64,000 bases of DNA from Promethearchaeati archaeon SRVP18_Atabeyarchaeia-1 (GTDB lineage: Archaea; Asgardarchaeota; Atabeyarchaeia; Atabeyarchaeales; Atabeyarchaeaceae): positions 1,600,001 through 1,664,000 of the forward strand of contig CP147779.1 in the NCBI GenBank assembly GCA_037308085.1. Reading direction: 5' to 3'. Each line of letters opens with the position of its first letter. Position 1 is the stretch's first letter. Positions 60,150 through 64,000 of this stretch are shown in pieces. The position numbers and the translations under genes were made by a program. The notes under the pieces are model-generated. The model was not told the origin of the DNA, did not search any database, and saw nothing but the letters and a program-made list of their open reading frames with translations.

Positions 60150-61412
60150 TTACCTTGGATAATCCCAGGAAGTCATCCGCTTATTCATCTCATCCAGCTC
60201 AAGCCGAGTCGCAATTCTGTCAGTGGCATTAGCCCGCAAATACACGCCTCTGTCTTTAACAACATAGGGCCTATCTTCGCCCTTCTCCACACGCATGACG
60301 ATTATCTCTTTCCCATCGATCCGAGTTCTCTTTAAGTCGTAGCGAACAGCCGGTTCACAGTGACTCCTGAGAATCTTCGATATTGAATCTTCGTAATCTC
60401 TATTCCGCAAACCTACAACCACAGCATTATCATCTACACCCAGCAGAATCACACCGCCTTTGGTATTGGCAAAAGCGGTCACACTCTCAACGAACTCCTC
60501 AGACTGACCAATGTCAGCCTTGAATTCAACCCCCTCCGCCTCACCACTCTTTATCCATTCTCTTATCTCATACTGCGGGGTTTCGACGACGAATCCCTTC
60601 GGCGAGGGACCCCAATTCGAGTAGTATCGCCTAACGTCAAGAACCTCATTATCCTTGCCCGAAAGAAGTGCAAGATGCATGATGTCGGGTTTGAAGCCGA
60701 TTGAAGCACTCCCCGCGCCATCAGCGAGATCAATGTCAACCGACTTCATCTCGTCTCCCGACGCGCAATAGATCTTACCGACCATGTCTGCTGGATCCAC
60801 TTCCCTAGCCTCAACCGTCAACTTCACAGCATCTGAGGAGATAACAACTTCACGTATTCGCGCGCCATACCTCGGGAGGCAGAAGACCATGCCATTGTGA
60901 TTAGTATAGCGTCCTAAATCGATGCCAGTGTGTACCTTGATAGCTGTCACAAGATCAGGGAAGAATGGCAGATTCTTCGAAAGCAAGATATTAATCCGCG
61001 GGGACGGAAGGCTAGGGCTCCTGTATTGATATCTGTCGAAATACCAGCCGACATTAAGGTAGTCGTTGCCGCTATCGAACGATTCTCCGTTGGTTAGGCT
61101 TTCACCAACAACACTCAAGTCCCACTTGCCAAGTCTGATCAACTTCTCGCCCTTCTGGGGAAGTTCATTGAGTAACCCGCGTAGCTCCTTACAAGAAATG
61201 AGCATCTCAAACAACAGGAAATCGTCGTACAAAATGTCGGGGCGATGTTCATGGTTGTTGGACCTATGAAGTGGAAGGAACCTTGTGAGAGCATTCACCC
61301 AAGTCTCCCCCATCCTGCATGCAACACCCTTCACCAGAACCTGTCCATACGTATTCTCCCGCTTAATGATCTTCAAAATCATATCTTCCAATACTTTCTC
61401 ATGCGCAGACAT
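60150..61412 (-). CDS. Protein with C-terminal Schlafen/AlbA_2 domain
   Basis: GEAEGVEFK, AFANTKGGVILLGVDD, YLR. Confidence 0.88.
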   Translation of the reverse strand: MSAHEKVLEDMILKIIKRENTYGQVLVKGVACRMGETWVNALTRFLPLHRSNNHEHRPDILYDDFLLFEMLISCKELRGLLNELPQKGEKLIRLGKWDLSVVGESLTNGESFDSGNDYLNVGWYFDRYQYRSPSLPSPRINILLSKNLPFFPDLVTAIKVHTGIDLGRYTNHNGMVFCLPRYGARIREVVISSDAVKLTVEAREVDPADMVGKIYCASGDEMKSVDIDLADGAGSASIGFKPDIMHLALLSGKDNEVLDVRRYYSNWGPSPKGFVVETPQYEIREWIKSGEAEGVEFKADIGQSEEFVESVTAFANTKGGVILLGVDDNAVVVGLRNRDYEDSISKILRSHCEPAVRYDLKRTRIDGKEIIVMRVEKGEDRPYVVKDRGVYLRANATDRIATRLELDEMNKRMTSWDYPR

Positions 61413-61528
61413 CTTGGTTCACCCCGTATCATGCCCCTCAGATGCGTCGCACCAAACCACTAACAAAAGCTATTCCAAGTGATATTAAAGATTCTGCGCG
61501 CGAAGATTGAAGCATCGGTTAGAAAGAC

Positions 61529-61630
61529 GAAAAGGAAGGGGGTTGGCTTTTAGCTACTAACATCCTAGAGGCTAAGTATCATTAGGAACACAAAAATGTC
61601 AACAACTAGAAAACCATCCCCCCTCTTTTC
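61529..61630. repeat. Imperfect ~25-bp inverted repeat
   Basis: GAAAAGGAAGGGGGTTGGCTTTTAG ... CTAGAAAACCATCCCCCCTCTTTTC. Confidence 0.55.
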
Positions 61631-61977
61631 TTGGTCTCAAATCCCCTAGCGCGCATAAGGTGTGAATTGTTCATTTTTATTACTGGAACGCCTTTATGGT
61701 GTGGGTAAGTTCTGGATGGTGCATTTTGTGGGTTTTTATGGTTGTGCATGCCTATTTGTGTTGAAGATGCTATGACATGACCCGCAAATACGCAATGTCT
61801 CTGTTCTAGGGAAGGTATGGACGGTGATTCTGAAAAATGCTTCTTGTCATACCTTTAGGATCATAGTCGCCACATACACAGCTACTACAAGCCTTTGCGC
61901 CCTTAGACTATCCTTCAAATGAGTCCACACAGGTTTTGATATACCGTTACCCTTGCTCTGCTAAATTTCCTTTCATT

Positions 61978-63321
61978 CTATTTCTCCACCTGATTCTCTT
62001 CGCTATCTTTGTCTTCCTTACGTGTCAGACCGATCACTGTCTTCAATGCCTTCTCCAACTCTTCGATCCTCTTCTCCATATTCTGAATAGCCCTGGCCTG
62101 AGTGTCGTTTCTGACTCTGAGTTCCAATACTTCATCCTTATCTTCAGACTTAACTACATCTCCGAGTCTCTTATTCGCAGATTCCAAAGCAACTGTCCTA
62201 CCAACCAGGTCGGAGACTGTATCTAGTAGTCTCTGATTCTCTTCCCTGATCTCCGCAACATTATTGTTAAGACCATTGCCATTGCCACTGCTAATCGAAA
62301 GATAAGGCTCATACTTTAGATATTGTTGTTTGACCTCTTCCGACTGATTCTCCCTGTACGCTTTTCCAAGGCTGCCAATAGCATGACCTAGCCAGAATTC
62401 TATGATCGAGTCATTGCATCCATTCTCGGCCAATATCTTCGAAAAACTTGATCTGAGTGCATGCGGGGTGACATCACTGATAGGCTCATCGCCTTTGATC
62501 AATCCTGATCTCTTCGCAACATCCCTAACCATTACTTCTACCGCGCTCCGGCTCAGCGGCTCAAAGGCCTGACCCCTGCGACCGTACTCCTTGAAGAATA
62601 AAGGATCGCTTCTTCCCAATTCAATGCCTTGAGCATTCTTCAGGTCTTCAAGGTATGTTTTCAGCGCTGATATTGCATCGAAACCCAGATACGTGTTAAA
62701 GCGCGTGTGGGTCTTCTTGCGAAATAGATCAAGTCTCAAAGGATGCTCACTCTCTTCCAGGCCTCTGGCGACATCTCCATAGCTCAATCCCGTAAGAGTA
62801 GAAACATCGATCCCACTCTGATACATCACTAAGATCATGACCCTGTCCCGGATCGACAGGCAGTGTTCAAGCATTTTCTTAACATCTCTAGGGATGAGTT
62901 TTCTTCTCCTGAATTTTATCTCACTCTCTCCAAGGTTCATTCTCACTCTCACGTCAAACGTGGCGTAGAAGCTGCGGATCGCCATCACTGCCGACCTAGA
63001 AGACTCTTCGGTATGATTCTTCTTCATGTGATTAAGAAAACCTATCAGGGATATTGACACTACATCTCTTCGCTCTCTAACATCCTTCCCCTGATCCTCA
63101 ATCGCTTCGTCTATGACCTGCTTGGGAGTCTTCCTGATGTATTCGAGGTATTGCCTTAGTCTAAGCAGATAGTTACGGCGCGTACGCTCTTTCGATTGCT
63201 TCATTATCCACCTGTTAACATAAGCGTCCTTCAGTAATAGCTCATTTACCCCCGTTTCAACCGTCAATACTGCCTGCCCACACTCCTGGGAGTCGCTCAT
63301 TTCCCTAGGGATATATGGCAC
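61978..63321 (-). CDS. Tyrosine recombinase/integrase with C-terminal coiled coil
   Basis: RDRVMILVMYQSGID, RKKT, HALR, LGH, AY. Confidence 0.92.
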   Translation of the reverse strand: MPYIPREMSDSQECGQAVLTVETGVNELLLKDAYVNRWIMKQSKERTRRNYLLRLRQYLEYIRKTPKQVIDEAIEDQGKDVRERRDVVSISLIGFLNHMKKNHTEESSRSAVMAIRSFYATFDVRVRMNLGESEIKFRRRKLIPRDVKKMLEHCLSIRDRVMILVMYQSGIDVSTLTGLSYGDVARGLEESEHPLRLDLFRKKTHTRFNTYLGFDAISALKTYLEDLKNAQGIELGRSDPLFFKEYGRRGQAFEPLSRSAVEVMVRDVAKRSGLIKGDEPISDVTPHALRSSFSKILAENGCNDSIIEFWLGHAIGSLGKAYRENQSEEVKQQYLKYEPYLSISSGNGNGLNNNVAEIREENQRLLDTVSDLVGRTVALESANKRLGDVVKSEDKDEVLELRVRNDTQARAIQNMEKRIEELEKALKTVIGLTRKEDKDSEENQVEK

Positions 63322-63351
63322 CTACTTGATATAAGTATTTCTCTGTATATA

Positions 63352-63447
63352 CGTCAGTAGGCGCGTTTGGCAAGGTGAAGGGTTTGAAAGGTCGCGCCAG
63401 ACAACCCCGAGTTGCAAGCCCACAAGCTTAAGCGGTGGGTAACTGAC
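63352..63447 (+). mobile_element. 3' half of the interrupted tnpB tail/omegaRNA and IS200/IS605 right end
   Basis: VSRRVWQGEGFERSRQTTPSCKPTSLSGG*; CAAG + hairpin CCCAC..GTGGG + TGAC end. Confidence 0.85.
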
Positions 63448-63524
63448 CATAGCACGATACTTAGTCCCGGTTGTATCTTGCAGCCTCCCTACCATGAAGA
63501 TCAAGACAAATCTAGCAACCCTGA

Positions 63525-63998
63525 TTACTTTGCGCGTAGGAGTCTGATCGTGGTACTGCGTCGTTTTTCTGGGTCTTTCTCGAAGAGTTCCTCATCTTGA
63601 CAGTAGCTTCTATTCATCTGAGAAGCTATGTAGGCCTTCTCGATCTCTGCCCCCAAGTAGTAAGAGTGCTGGAGGGTGGAGATCAATCCGGTTTTGGTTA
63701 GTGTGTCTCGTATGGGTAGTGGCTCTCGTCCTCTCACGATAATGTCAGGGGATTTCGAGCCTGCTTCGAAGTGGGTAACAACGATCTCGCCGTCGGCTCG
63801 ATCCACGGCTATCTTGAAGAAGCCTTTGGGATCCAAAGATGGCTCCGGACCTTGCTCCGCCCCAAGGATCTTGAGTTGCTTTTCGGCTTTCTCAGTGGCC
63901 GCGTCGTAAGGAACTTCTCGGCTTCTCTTCTCCTTCAAGATCAACAAGTCAATGCCGAAGTCCTTTGGTGGCGTCCTCCTTATCCTGCCTAGGTACAT
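63525..63998 (-). CDS. Dihydropteroate-synthase-like protein, C-terminal part (DUF4346-like); 5' end lies outside the window
   Basis: DLLILKEKR, DPKGFFKI, HSYYLGAEIEKA, SYCQDEELF. Confidence 0.8.
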   Translation of the reverse strand: MYLGRIRRTPPKDFGIDLLILKEKRSREVPYDAATEKAEKQLKILGAEQGPEPSLDPKGFFKIAVDRADGEIVVTHFEAGSKSPDIIVRGREPLPIRDTLTKTGLISTLQHSYYLGAEIEKAYIASQMNRSYCQDEELFEKDPEKRRSTTIRLLRAK

Positions 63999-64000
63999 CA

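Larger units (their letters stand above)
44633..63359. mobile_element. Integrative defence island with tyrosine integrase, inserted in the tnpB 3' end/omegaRNA region
   Basis: Direct repeat CGTCAGTA at 44633-44640 and 63352-63359; flanks rejoin in frame; integrase starts ~30 bp from the right repeat; cargo visibly more AT-rich. Confidence 0.85.

Noticed and set aside
1-64000. CRISPR array, tRNA or rRNA genes
   Set aside because: No regularly spaced repeat-spacer array, cloverleaf or rRNA-like tract was seen by eye; the island att is not in a tRNA.

Overview
Archaeal chromosome segment. It is probably Asgard: it encodes a gelsolin-like protein, a roadblock/LC7 protein and an alpha-SNAP/TPR-like protein, plus an ATP-dependent ligase, with archaeal SD/TATA signals. 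Bases 1-40500 are mostly housekeeping and metabolic genes; 40600-63450 is a mobile/defence region. Three structural signals stand out. (1) Two paralogous LAGLIDADG + tandem-HTH genes (22122-23255, 35704-37077) each face the 3' end of an intact host gene (an M28 peptidase; a dodecin). On its other side each has a decayed, synonymously recoded duplicate of that same gene's tail, which looks like a gene-tail-replacement homing element. Both paralogs carry an in-frame stop at the same homologous codon (TAG vs TGA). (2) An ~18.7 kb tyrosine-integrase defence island (44633-63359) is integrated, with an 8-bp core duplication CGTCAGTA, into a stem-loop in the 3' end/omegaRNA region of an IS200/IS605 tnpB. 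Joining the flanks restores the tnpB reading frame and right end, and a second tnpB relic (42310-42483) is broken at the same position. (3) A 61-bp hairpin with a compensatory base change, tied to a repeated promoter, punctuates the island cargo and would lie upstream of the integrase in the excised circle. Also present: an omegaRNA-only IS605 miniature element, a zinc-finger-less TnpB, an orphan glycyl radical enzyme and many candidate anti-viral genes. All calls come from reading the sequence by eye; no database searches were run.
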